A stretch of DNA of 64,000 nucleotides from Mobula hypostoma (Eukaryota): assembly GCF_963921235.1 (NCBI RefSeq), contig NC_086101.1, forward strand, positions 5,334,001 through 5,398,000. The letters run 5' to 3'. The translations under genes were made by a program, and so were the position numbers. This document shows positions 35,340 through 47,439 of the stretch, in pieces; position 1 is the first letter of the stretch, and every line of letters begins with the position of its first letter. The notes beneath the pieces were generated by a model. It made no database searches and was not told where the DNA came from. It saw nothing but the letters and a program-made list of their open reading frames with translations.

Positions 35340-38300
35340 CATTTAGGAGAGGTCTAGAATATAAAAGCAGGGATATAATCACTGTTCCCCCTCAGCTGCA
35401 CTGGAGCATGGCTGCCGCGCAGTAACAGAAATGCTTCCTAGCACATAGCCTTCGTTGCCACGCAGCTGGAATAACACAGCTTTCGGGCTGTGTTAAAACT
35501 TCCTGCGCAGAGCAATGGTTGGTCCACACAGCTGTAAAAAAAAGAACTAGAGGGAATGTTGGATGTAATGCTGAGCCTTTGTAAGGCATTGGTCAGACCA
35601 CACAGAGTATCCTGAGCAGTTTTTGATCCCAGGTGTATGAACAGATGTGCTAGCATTGGTGAGGATCCAAAGAAGGTTCACAACAATGATTCTGGGAATG
35701 GAAGGGTTATGGGGAGCGTCTGAGGCTGTACTAGCTGGAGTTTAGAAGAATTGGGCGGAGGGGGCAATCTAATCGAAACCTATTGAATATTTAAAGGCCT
35801 AGATAGAGTGGCATGGGGAGGATGTTTCCCACAGTGGGGGAGTTCAGGACCAGAGGGCACTGCCTCAGGCCTCAGAACAGAGGGATGTCCATTTAAAACA
35901 GAGATGAGGAGGAATTTCTTTAGCCACAAGTGGAATTCATTGGCACATTCGGCTGTGAAGGCCGCAGTATTTGTTTTATTTAAAGCACAGCTTGATAGGT
36001 TCAGGGTTTCAACAGTTATGGGGAGATGGCAGGGAACTGGGGTTGAGAGGAAGAATGATGGAATGGTGGAGCAGACTCGATGGGCAGGTTGATCTAATTC
36101 TGCTCCTGTCTTATGGTGTTAAAACAGGCCTCTCAGCCTAACTGGTCCATGCACTTGGTTCACATCCCTCTAAGCCTTTCCTGTACCTGCCTCATAGTTC
36201 CATACACAGACTATGTGAAGAAGTTAGCCTCCCTGGGGCCCTGTCAACTTGTTCCCCTCACACCCTAAACTTGAATACTCTAGGGTTTAATTCCTTTTCT
36301 TTGGGATGGAAAAGGCTTGTGTATATTTGCCCCATCTATGCCCCTCAAGATTTTATACACCCCTGTAATACCACCTACATACCACTGGGTGTTGGAATGG
36401 AGATATGTCTCTATGAAAGGAGATGTAAGGCTCCCCTTCCCTCCACTGGCCTGCAGGTCACCCTTGGGCAAGGTGTAGCACCTGCTTAGAACCTCACCCC
36501 CTGATCAGGATCGCGTGAAGCCATGCAGACAATGAGTATTGATAACTTTTGGGGTACCTGTCTTGTAAAGACATTGCCCAGAAGAAGGCAATGGCAAAAC
36601 ACTTCTACAGAAAAATTTCCCAAATACAATCATGGTCATGCAAAGCCCATGATCGCCCATGTCATTCGACATGGTACATAATGATGATGATGGTGGTACA
36701 GGACATGCCCTACTCTCGCTACGGTCATCGGGCAGGAGATACAGGAGCCTCAGGTTCCACACCACCAGGTTCAGGAACAATTATTACCCTTCAAACTTCA
36801 GGCTCTTGAACCAGCGGGGATAACTTCACTCATTCCAACTCTGATCTGATTCTATGGCCTACAGACTCCCTTTCAAGGACTCTTTGCAATTCACGCTCTC
36901 ATTTTTGCACGGACTCTCTTCTTTTGCACATTGGCTGTTTGTCAGTTTTGGTCTCTTTATGTAGATTTCTTTGTAAAGTTCTATTACATCTCCTTATTTC
37001 CCTGAAAATGCCCACAAAAAAGTGAATCTCAATGTAGTGTATGGCGACATATATGTACTTTGATAATAAATTTACTTTGAATTTACCCATATGTTCAAAT
37101 GAATAAGACCAAAAGACAGAAGAACAGAATTAGGCCATTTTGCCCACTAAGTGTCTGTGCCATTCCAGCATGGCTGATTCATTATCCCTCCCAATCTCAT
37201 TCTCCTGCCTTCTCCCCATAACCTTTGACACCCAGACTAATCAAGAACCTATCAAGATCTGCTTTAAAAATATCCAATGACTTGACCTCCACAGCTGTCT
37301 GTGGTAATGAATTCCACAGATTCACCACCCTCTGGCTAAAGAAATTCCTCCTCAACTCTGTTCTAAGTGGATGTCCCTCTATTCTGAGGCTGTGCTCCCT
37401 GGTCCTAGACTCCCCCACTATAGGGAACATCCTCTCCACATCCAGTCTATCTGTGCCCTCTGGTCCTAGACTCCCCCACTATAGGAAATATCCTCTCCAC
37501 ACCCACTCTATCTCAGCCTTTCAATATTCAATAGGTTTCAATAAGATCCCCCTCCCCAGCCATTCTTCTAAAACATAGCGAGTACAGACCCAGAGACATC
37601 AAACGCTCTTCATATGTTTACCCTTTCATTTTCGGAATCATTTGTGTGAACTGAGAAGGCAAGGGTTCTCATTTTAAACCAGCTCAGAAAATACTTGTGG
37701 ATTGGAAGGTTTTAATAGTTTTAACAATACAAGAGATGTGTGAATCCTTCAAAGTCGCGGCACTTTGGGTTGTTGAGAAGGCTTTTGATGTGTTGGCCTT
37801 CATTAGTTGGGGGATGGAGACCAAGAGCCATGAAGCAAAGATGCAGCTTTCTAAAAACCCTGGTTAAACCCCACTTGGAGTATCGTGTTAGGTTCTGGTC
37901 ACCTCATGAAGAGGACGTGGAAACTTCAGACAGAATGCAGAGGACATTTACCAGGATGCCATCTGGATTCGAGAGCACGTCATAAGAGAAAAGGTTGAGC
38001 ATCTTACGGTTTTTCTCCTCGGTACAAAGGAGGATGAGAGGTGACTTGATAGAGCCGTACAAGTCGATAGAGTGGACAGCCAGAGCTAATTTCCCAGGAC
38101 AGAAATGGCTAATCCAAGAAAGCATAATTTTAAGGTGATCAGAGGAAAACATAGGGAGATGACAGAGGCAAGTTATTTTGGACAGAGAGTGGTGGTACGT
38201 GGAATGCCCTGCCAGGGGTGTTGGTAGAGGCAGATACATTAGAGATATTTAAGAGACTCATGGGAATGTGGATGAAAGAAGGGAGGGAATGTTAGATTGG

Positions 38301-38380
38301 TCTTAAGAGTAAGCAAGAAGGTCAGCACAACACTGTCGGCCAAAAGGCCTGTACATAGTATTCTATGTTTCTATGAGTTA
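35340..38380. mobile_element. Cluster of decayed CR1 3' fragments and short interspersed repeats in a TNXB intron
   Basis: Remnants such as RRNFFSQRVVNLWNSLPQ (37197-37439 minus), FKTEMRRNFFS (35808-36092 plus) and LVKPHLEY (37740-37985 plus). Confidence 0.7.
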
Positions 38381-38498
38381 ATTTCCTGTTATTGTCAGGT
38401 CTAGAATCCGATCACTATAAGGATGAAAAGTGCCTCTGTGGTCCCTGATCTCCAGCCACCCTCGGGTGCCTCAGCTGTAACCATCTCGTGTTGCTCAC

Positions 38499-38595
38499 CC
38501 AGCCAGTGTTCTGCAGCAAGGTCCCCAAATCCAGCCACATAGTCCTTCCAGCTACGTGTGAAGTTCAGCTTTCCATTCATTCTCCTCTGGAAGAC
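38499..38595 (-). CDS. TNXB: Tenascin-X fibrinogen-domain exon (97 bp)
   Basis: VFQRRMNGKLNFTRSWKDYVAGFGDLAAEHWL; CTGCAG acceptor, GTGAGC donor; phase 0 to 1. Confidence 0.92.
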
Positions 38596-39189
38596 CTGCA
38601 GGAAGGGGACAGGAAAACTGTCACAATGTGGAGGTACTTTGCATCCCCTGCTCTGTGGAAAAGGGTCACCCCTCGGTCTCCTGTACTCCAGGAAGAAGTC
38701 CCAGCCCATTATCATATTTCAAGCCCTCCATTCTGTGCACTCTGGTTCACCCTCTCCACCCAGTCTTCAGCGGGTTTAAATTAACGTCAACCACAAGGCC
38801 AAGAGAGAAAGGAGCAGAGTTCATCCAGCGAGTCTGTTCCACCATTCCATCATGATGATGAACAGCCCTGACCTCCTCCTCCTACATCAGCGATTGCTGA
38901 ATGCAGCTCTGACCACCACAGGCAGTTTCTACTCCTGGGAATCTCTGGTATCCATTAGGATCGGCACTTAGACCACTAGACTACGAGGCACAGGAGCAGA
39001 ATTAGGCTATTTGGCTCATCGAGTCTGCTCTGGCATTTCATTATGCCTGATCTCTCAATCCTATTCTCCTGCCACCTCCCCATAACCTTTCACACCCTGA
39101 CTAATCAAAGAACCCATCGACCTCCACAGCCTCTGAGTTCCACAGGTTCACCACTTTCTGGCTAAAGAAACCACTCCGCATCTGTCCTC

Positions 39190-40177
39190 ACTTGAACTGC
39201 ACCCTATGGTTCTGAAAGAGGTGGTGGTTGAGATTGTGGTGGCATTAAAAATGATCTTTCAAAATTACTGGACTCTGGCATGGTGCCAGAGGACTGGAAA
39301 ATCGCAAATGTCACTCCACTCTTTAAGAAAGGAGGAAGGCAGCAGAACAGAAAGGAAATTATAGACCAATTAGCCTGACCTCAGTGGTTGGGAAGATGTT
39401 AGAGTCAATTGTTAAGGGTGAGGTTATGGAGTATTTAAGTGACACAGGACAAGATAGGTCAAAGTCAGCATGGTTTCCTTAAGGGAAAATCTTGCCTGAC
39501 AAACCTGTTGGAATTATTTGAGGAGACTACAAGTAGAATAGATAAAGGGGATGCAGTGGATGTTGTGTATTTGGACTTTCAGAAGGCCTTTGATAAGATG
39601 CCACATATGAGGCTTCTTACCAATTAAAAGCCCATGGGATTACAGGAAGTTTACTAACATGGTTAGAGCATTGGCTGATGGTGGTAGGAGGCAGCGAATG
39701 GGAATAAAAGGATCCCTTTCTGGTTGGCTGTTAGTGACTAGTGGTGTTCTGCAGGGGTTGGTGTTGGGACAACTTGTTTTTATCTTCTATATCAACGATT
39801 TGTTTTCCAGTTTGCAGATGGTACGAAGATTGATGGAGGGGCAGTTGTGTTGAGAAAATAGGAAGGCTTGCAGCAGGACTTAGCCAGATTAGGAGAATGA
39901 GCAAGAAAGTGGCAAATGAAATACAATGTTGGAAAATGCATGGTCATGCACTTTGGTAGTAGAAATAAATGTGCAGAATACTTTCTAAATGGGCAGGAAA
40001 TCCAAAAATCTGAGATGCAAAGGGACTTATGAATCCTTGTGCAGAACAAGCTAAAGGTTAACTTGCAGGTAGAGTCAGTGGTGAGGAAGGCAAATGCAAT
40101 GATGGCATTTATTTCAAGGGAAATAGAATATAAAAGAAAGGAGATAATGCTGAGCCTTTATAAGACAATAGTCAGGT
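39190..40177 (+). mobile_element. Decayed CR1 reverse-transcriptase fragment
   Basis: QSQHGFLKGKSCLTNL...YLDFQKAFDK, with stops and frameshifts. Confidence 0.85.
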
Positions 40178-41268
40178 TTATTACCGTTACCAATACACCA
40201 ACCTAGTAATAAACCGTTACCAATATGCCAACCCAGTAATAAACCGTCACCAACATCCCAACCCAGTAATAAACCGTCATCAACACCCCAACCCAGTAAT
40301 AAACCGTCACCAACATCCCAACCCAGTAATAAACCGTCACCAACATCCCAACCCAGTAATAAACCGTCATCAACACCCCAACCCAGTAATAAACCGTCAC
40401 CAACATCCCAACCCAGTAATAAACCGTCACCAACATCCCAACCCAGTAATAAACCGTCACCAACATCCCAACCCAGTAATAAACCGTCACCAATATGCCA
40501 ACCCAGTAATAAACCGTCACCAACATCCCAACCCAGTAATAAACCGTCACCAACATCCCAACCCAGTAATAAACCGTCACCAACATCCCAACCCAGTAAT
40601 AAACCGTCACCAACACCCCAACCCAGTAATAAACCGTCACCAACATCCCAACCCAGTAATAAACCGTCAACATCCCAACCCAGTAATAAACCGTTACCAA
40701 TACGCCGACCCAGTAATAAACCGTCACCAACAGCCAGCCCAGTAATAAACCTTCACCAACACCCCAACCCAGTAATAAACCGTCACCAACACCCCAACCC
40801 AGTAATAAACTGTCACCAACATCCCAACCCAGTAATAAACCGTCAACATCCCAACCCAGTAATAAACCGTCAACATCCCAACCCAGTAATAAACCGTTAC
40901 CAATACGCCGACCCAGTAATAAACCGTCACCAACAGCCAGCCCAGTAATAAACCTTCACCAACATCCCAACCCAGTAATAAACCGTCACCAACACCCCAA
41001 CCCAGTAATAAACTGTCACCAACATCCCAACCCAGTAATAAACTGTCACCAACATCCCAACCCAGTAATAAACCGTCACCAACATCCCAACCCAGTAATA
41101 AACTGTCACCAACATCCCAACCCAGTAATAAACTGTCACCAACATCCCAACCCAGTAATAAACCATCACCAACACCCCAACCCAATAATAAACCAATACT
41201 CCAATCCAGTAATAAACTGTCACCAACATCCCAACCCAGTAATAAACCATCACCAACACCCCAACCCG
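40178..41268. repeat. Minisatellite, 30-bp unit ACCCAGTAATAAACCGTCACCAACATCCCA
   Basis: About 36 tandem copies; the array ends about 16 bp from a TNXB splice donor. Confidence 0.95.
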
Positions 41269-41284
41269 CGAATGTGAAACTTAC

Positions 41285-41436
41285 CATCCACCCTCCACCA
41301 TCCGTGCTCATGTCGCAGAAGACTCTGATCGGCCGCTCCTTGTTTCCGTTCAGGTACAGGGTGACAATGTTGGACTCGGTCCTGCCGTTGCTGAGTTCCT
41401 CCTCACAGTTCTTGGGGAACGGGATATGTACAGAGA
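41285..41436 (-). CDS. TNXB: Tenascin-X first fibrinogen-domain exon (152 bp)
   Basis: VSVHIPFPKNCEEELSNGRTESNIVTLYLNGNKERPIRVFCDMSTDGGGWM, matching TNX-type IPFP..C.EE..NG and LNGN.ERP..VFCDM; ACAG acceptor, GTAAGT donor. Confidence 0.92.
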
Positions 41437-43199
41437 CTGTTGAAAGGATCAGACAGAGGGAGGGAGAGAGAGACAAAGGTGACCGCAGTGTGGAAATGCA
41501 GATGATCACAGACAGCACAGACCTGGAATTCCTGTCCTGCCTAGTCAGAAACTGGGAATGGCTGGGATGATTTCCAAACATTGGTTCATTAAGAAGGAAT
41601 TACAAAGACTGGTCCATAATGTCGAGGACACTCATGGTCTCAGAACACATCCTACACAGTCAGGAAAGCTCGTCAACTCCTCTGCTTTCTGAGGATGCTG
41701 AAGAGAGCTGGTCTTTGCACGTGCATACTCACATCATTTACAGATGTGCTGAAGGGAGCATCAACAGTACATCACTACTTGATCGTTTCCTGTCAGTCAC
41801 CTTATGTACGGACACTCCTGTGCCTACTGTCACGTTAAGGACAATCTGTGTACACAAGCTATATTGTGTATTTATGTTTATTGTGCGTTTTATTATTAAT
41901 GTGTTCTTTATCTCTTGTGTGAGTTTTATGCTGCATCAGATACAGAGTAACAACTACTTTGTTCTCCTTGTGCACTGGAAATGACATTAAACCATCTTAA
42001 ATGTTGAAAGTGAAAGGGAACAACTTACTGGACTAGTGTTTCAGAAACACTAGGGATTCTGCAGATGCTGGAAACCTAGAGCAACACAGCCTGTGGATGC
42101 TGTTGGATTGCCCTGTAGATGTGTCATTTTTCCTGTAGTTTAACTTTCTTATTCTTGTTTTAGGAACATAGACACATAGAAAACCCACAGCACAACACAG
42201 GCCCTTGCTCATGCAGAATACTGCAAGTCCATTCACAGGCAAGACTGACACCAGGGAACTGCGTTGCCTCAGTTGGGGTGAGGACCACACCTCAGCTGCG
42301 GAGTCAACTTGGATGCAGTGGGCAGTTGCAGTCACCCAAGGGAGAGAGCAAGGGCCTCTGCGGGGAGTGCTAGGAGTTACTCTGGGTCGGGGGCTGACCC
42401 CTCTTGTCAGGGCTGCTGTCCAGTGTTGCCGTTGTTCGCTCGGTGGAAGAACAAGCTGGACCAAGACAATCTCCAGCCATGCAATGCAGGAACTTGGGCG
42501 ATATTTTTCTCTTTGTGACTGTATATTTTTCTGAAGCATGTCTTATCTGTGCTACATGCAAATTTCTGGTGATGTGTTTTGCACCTTGGTCATGCAGGAA
42601 TGTTGTTTCGTTTGGCTGTATTCATATATAGTTGAACGACAATTAAATGTGAGGTTGAACTTGAACTTCAGCTACACCTCATTCCGGACTTCTCAATAAC
42701 CTCGGATCAAAGACATCCAGATCCAACAGTGAGAAACGGGCTTGTTTCACTCTTGTGGCTTTGTTTTGTTCTGCTGTTGTTGCTGCTATTAATTGTGTTA
42801 TTCTGCTGAACAACGTGGACATGTTACGTTCGCACCGAAATGCGTGGTGCCATCCTGACGTTACTTTCATTGTGAAGGCAAACGAGCACCTCACTGTACA
42901 CGGGATAAATAAATCTGTGTGTGAACGCTGCAGGAACTCAGCAGATCAGGAGGGGAATAAACTGCCGACGTTTCAGGGTGACACCCTTCATCAGTACAGG
43001 AGGGGAAGGGTGGAGAAAGTGGGGAGGGGTAGAAGCTGGCAGGAGATAGAAACGTAGAAAACCTACACTATATCAACATAGACACATAGAAAATGTAGAG
43101 CAGAACACAGGAAATAGAAACATAGAAAATCTACAGCACAATACAAGAGATAGAAACGTAGAAACATAGAAAACATACAGAACAATACAGGAGATAGAA

Positions 43200-43350
43200 A
43201 CGTGTACAGGGAACGGAGGGATACGGACCGTGTACCGGTAATGGAGGGATACGGACCGTGTATAGGGAATGGAGGGATACGGACCGTGTACCGGGAATGG
43301 AGGGATATGGACCGTGTACAGGGAATGGAGGGATACGGACCGTGTACAGA
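43200..43350. repeat. Short 28-bp tandem repeat GGGAATGGAGGGATACGGACCGTGTAC(A/C)
   Basis: About 5 copies. Confidence 0.85.
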
Positions 43351-43744
43351 CAGAAGGTGTCAGTTGTTTAATTAGTTCAGCACAACATTGCGGGGGGGAA
43401 GGGACTGATTTCTGTGCTGTACTGCTCTCTGCTTCCTATCTCTCTGTTCTAACAGGAGGCCACTACAAGCGGACACAAGTTTAACCTTGTGGTTGTAAAG
43501 TTTGGCGGGGGGGAATGTAGATTCTTTGCACAGGAACTGGTGGGTGTGTGGAATGCGCTGTCAGATGTGGTGGTAGAGAGCGATGTATTAGGGACATTTA
43601 GAGGCGCATGGATGAAAAGAATGGAGGACTACACAGGAGGAAAATGTTACGATTGATGTCAGAGCAGGTTAAAAGGTCAGCACTACTTCGTGGGCCGAAC
43701 GACCTTGACAATGCAGTCATCTGTTCACTATTGGCAAGGACAGG

Positions 43745-43745
43745 T

Positions 43746-43777
<32 letters not shown>

Positions 43778-44120
43778 ATTGTGTGTGTATTGTGTGTGTA
43801 TGCGTGTGTCTTTATGTGTCTGTGTGTATGTGTTTGTATGTATTTGTGTGTGTCACTGTCATTATGTGTCTGTGTGTGTGTGTGCGCGCACGTGTGGTTG
43901 TGCGTCTGTGGGTGTATATTTGCGTGTGTGTGAGTGTGTGTGTGTGTGTGTCTGTGTGTGTGTATTGTGTGTGTATTGTGTGTGTATGCGTGTGTCTTTT
44001 TGTGTCTGTGTGTATGTGTTTGTATGTATTTGTGTGTGTCACTGTCATTATGTGTCTGTGTGTGTGTGTGCGCGCACGTGTGGTTGTGCGTCTGTGGGTG
44101 TATATTTGCGTGTGTGTGCA
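43745..44120. repeat. (TG)n-rich tract made of two copies of a roughly 185-bp unit
   Basis: The non-TG spacer words GTCACTGTCATTATG and GCGCGCACGTGTGGTTG each occur twice in register. Confidence 0.85.
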
Positions 44121-44173
44121 CATGCACGGAACACAGTCACGCCTGCACCTGCTCTCCGCCCCAGGTCACTCAC

Positions 44174-44317
44174 CCGTGGTGAAGCTAACCCTGACACGGG
44201 AGCTTGTCCGCGCGCCCTGGGCACTGTGAACCTCGGCTGTGTACATGGTGCGTGGACGCAGACCCACCAATTGCAGCTCTGCACTGTTACTGGGCACGGT
44301 CCTCCTGACGGCAGGAA
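44174..44317 (-). CDS. TNXB: Tenascin-X FNIII half-exon (144 bp)
   Basis: [55 protein letters not shown] acceptor, GTGAGT donor; phase 1-1. Confidence 0.88.
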
Positions 44318-46062
44318 CTGTGAGACAGAAGGAAACAGGTGAAATGTACCTCTGTTCCACAAGAGGACAAAGTTATCTCACAAATAAAGTTTCAAAGTTA
44401 ATTTATTATCAAAGTGCGCATATGGTATCCCTTACTAGCTTGAGATTTATTTTTCATCGGCATTTACACAAAAATAAAGAAATAGAAAATAGAAAATAGA
44501 AATCTACAGCACATTACAGGCCCTTTGGCCCACAATGTTGTACCGACCATGTATCCTACTCTAGAAGCTGCCTAGAATTTCCCTACTGCATAGCCCTCTA
44601 TGTTTCTAAGCTCCATGTATCTATCTAAGGGGCTCTTAAAAGACCCCATTGTATCCGCCTCCACCACCACTGCCGCCGGCAGTTCGTTCCACGCACCCAC
44701 CAATTTCTGTGTGAAAAACTTTACCCTGATGTCTCCCTTTTAACTACTTCTAAGCACCTTAAAACTATGCCCTCTTGTGCTAGCCATTTCAGCCCTGGGG
44801 AAAAGCCTCTGACTATTCACACAATCAATCATCTTATACACCTCTATCAGGTCACCCCTCATCCTCCCTCGCTACAATACAATGGAACTTACAAATAAAT
44901 AGGCACCTGTTAGTCTCATGAGACCATGGATTTGTGCCTTCGAAGGTTTCCAGGGCGCAGGCCTGGGCAAGGTTGTATGGAAGACCAGCAGTTGCCCATG
45001 CTGCAAGTCTCCCCTCTCCACACCACCGATGTTGTCCAAGGGAGGGGCATTAGGACCCATACAGCCTGGCACTGGTGTCATCGCAGGGCATTGTGTGGTT
45101 AAGTGCTTTGCTCAAGGACACACACGCTGCCTCAGCCAAGGCTCGAACTAGCAACCTTTGAATCACTGGACGAATGCCTTAACCACTTGGCCAAGCGCCA
45201 ACACGGAATTTACAAAAAGACTATACATAAAGAAAGACTGACAAACAACCAGTGCACGAGAGAAGACAAATAGTGCAAATTAAAAAAGTTATACTGACAG
45301 CATGGGTAGTTGAATATTCAACAAGCTCACAAGTCATAGTAGCAGAATTTGGCCATTCAGCCCATCGAATCTGCTCCACCATTCCATCAGGGCTGATTTA
45401 TTGTCCCTGTCAACCCCATTTACCTGCCTTCTCCCCATTACCTTTGCTGTCTTTAGTAATCAATTACCTGGTCTCACCCATCACCTGTCAACTTGTCCTC
45501 CTTCCCCTCACCTCAGCCTCCTTTCCTGGCATCTGCCCCCTTCCTGATGAGGGGTCTTTGCCCGAAACCCCGACTGTTTATTCCTCTCCATGGACACTGC
45601 TTGAGCTGCTGGGTTCCTCCAACACCTTGGGTGTGTTGCTCAGGATTTCCAGCATCTGCAGAACCTCTTGTGTTCGTCAATCAGAATTAGGTTCATTAGT
45701 ACTAACTTATACGGTATGAAAATTTAAAAACCAGAGATTCTACAGATACTGGAAATCCACAGGAACACACACACACACAAAATGCTGGAGGAACTCAGCA
45801 TCTATGGAAATGAAGAAACAGTTGATGCTTCAGGCCAAGGTCCTTCGTCAGGAAGGTGAAACTTGTGGTTCCAGGGCTACGGTACAGTGCAAAAGCATAA
45901 AAGTCACTCTAAAATATTAATTTGCTTACTCACTTACTAAATGAATAAACAGATAGATGGATAGTGTAAAAAATGACTAATGAGGTAGAGGTAGTGAGAG
46001 AGTGTTCAATGCCCGTTCAGAAATCTGATGGCAGAGGGGAAGAAGCTGTTCCTAAAACATTC

Positions 46063-46848
46063 CATAGTCATAGTCATACCTTATTGATCCCGGGGGAAAT
46101 TGGTTTTCGTTACAGTTGCACCATAAATAATAAATAGTAATAAAACCATAAATAGTTAAATAGTAATCTGTAAATTATGCCTGGAAATAAGTCCAGGACC
46201 AGCCTATTGGCTCAGGGTGTCTGACCCTCCAAGGGAGGAGTTGTAAAGTTTGATGGCCACAGGCAGGAATGACTTCCTATGACACTCAGTGTTGCATCTC
46301 AGTGGAATGAGTCTCTGGCTGAATGTACTCCTGTGCCCACCCAGTACATTATGTAGTGGATGGGAGACATTGACCAAGATGGCCTGCAACTTGGACAGCA
46401 TCCTCTTTTCAGACACCACCGTGAGAGAGTCCAGTTCCATCCCCACAACATCACTGGCCTTACGAATGAGTTTGTTGATCCTGTTGGTGTCTGCTACCCT
46501 CAGCCTGCTGCCCCAGCACACAACAGCAAACATGATCGCACTGGCCACCACAGACTCGTAGAACATCCTCAGCATCGTCCGGCAGATGTTAAAGGACCTC
46601 AGTCTCCTCAGGAAATAGAGATGGCTCTGACCCTTCTTGTAGACAGCCTCAGTGTTCTTTGACCAGTCCAGTTTATTGTCAATTCGTATCCCCAGGTATT
46701 TGTAATCCTCCACCACGTCCACACTGACCCCCTGGATGGAAACAGGGGTCACTGGTACCTTAGTTCTCCTCAGGTCTACCACCAGCTCCTTAGTCTTTTC
46801 CACATTAAGCTGCAGACAATTCTGCTCACACCATGTGACAAGTTGCAT
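46063..46848 (-). mobile_element. Rex1/Babar-like LINE 3' fragment
   Basis: ORF 46204-46848 WCEQNCLQLNVEKTKELVVDLRR...YKYLG...KKGQSHLYFLRRLRSF; short (CTATGA)n tail at about 46063-46078. Confidence 0.75.
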
Positions 46849-47265
46849 CTGCCTTCCTTATGTGTGGGTCTTCAGGCTTCTGTATCTCCTTCCTGATGTT
46901 AGCAATGAGAAGAGGGCACATGCTGGGTGGTGAGGGTCCTTCATCAAGGATGTTGCTTTCTTGATGCACTGGGTGGTAGGGGTTACGTTGTAAATGTAGT
47001 GAGTGAAATGAGTGGGAGGGTGTACGTTATGTGCTGAGGAGTGGGTTCAACCCCGAGAGTCTGTATTCCGTGTTGCTCTGCTGAGCGTTGTCAACATGCT
47101 ATGTTGGTGCTGGAATGTGTGCCGATACGTGTGGGGCTGCCCCCAGCACGCCCTTCGGGTATGTTGGTGATCAATGCAAACAACGCATTTCACCGTATAA
47201 ACCAAAAGTACATTTGAATCTGAGACCACCCCACCCCCCCCGCCACCCCGAGACCCTGCACTCAC

Positions 47266-47385
47266 TCCCTCGCGCCTTGTAGCTGACGATGTAGTGGTCG
47301 ATGGGTGCAGTCGCTGGTTTCCACTCCAGGATGGCCCGTGTCTCCGAGACGTTGATGGCCTGTAGGTGTGATGGTGGGTCTGGGG
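47266..47385 (-). CDS. TNXB: Tenascin-X FNIII half-exon (120 bp), not shown in the ORF track
   Basis: APDPPSHLQAINVSETRAILEWKPATAPIDHYIVSYKARG; TTTCCCAG acceptor, GTGAGT donor; phase 1-1. Confidence 0.88.
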
Positions 47386-47439
47386 CTGGGAAAGCAGTAA
47401 TATAGGAGATTATTCACACTTGGCCTTTCCAGGGACCAT

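Noticed and set aside
40203..41259. Hydrophobic (MLVTVYYWVG)n ORFs resembling membrane proteins
   Set aside because: Translation of the 30-bp minisatellite.
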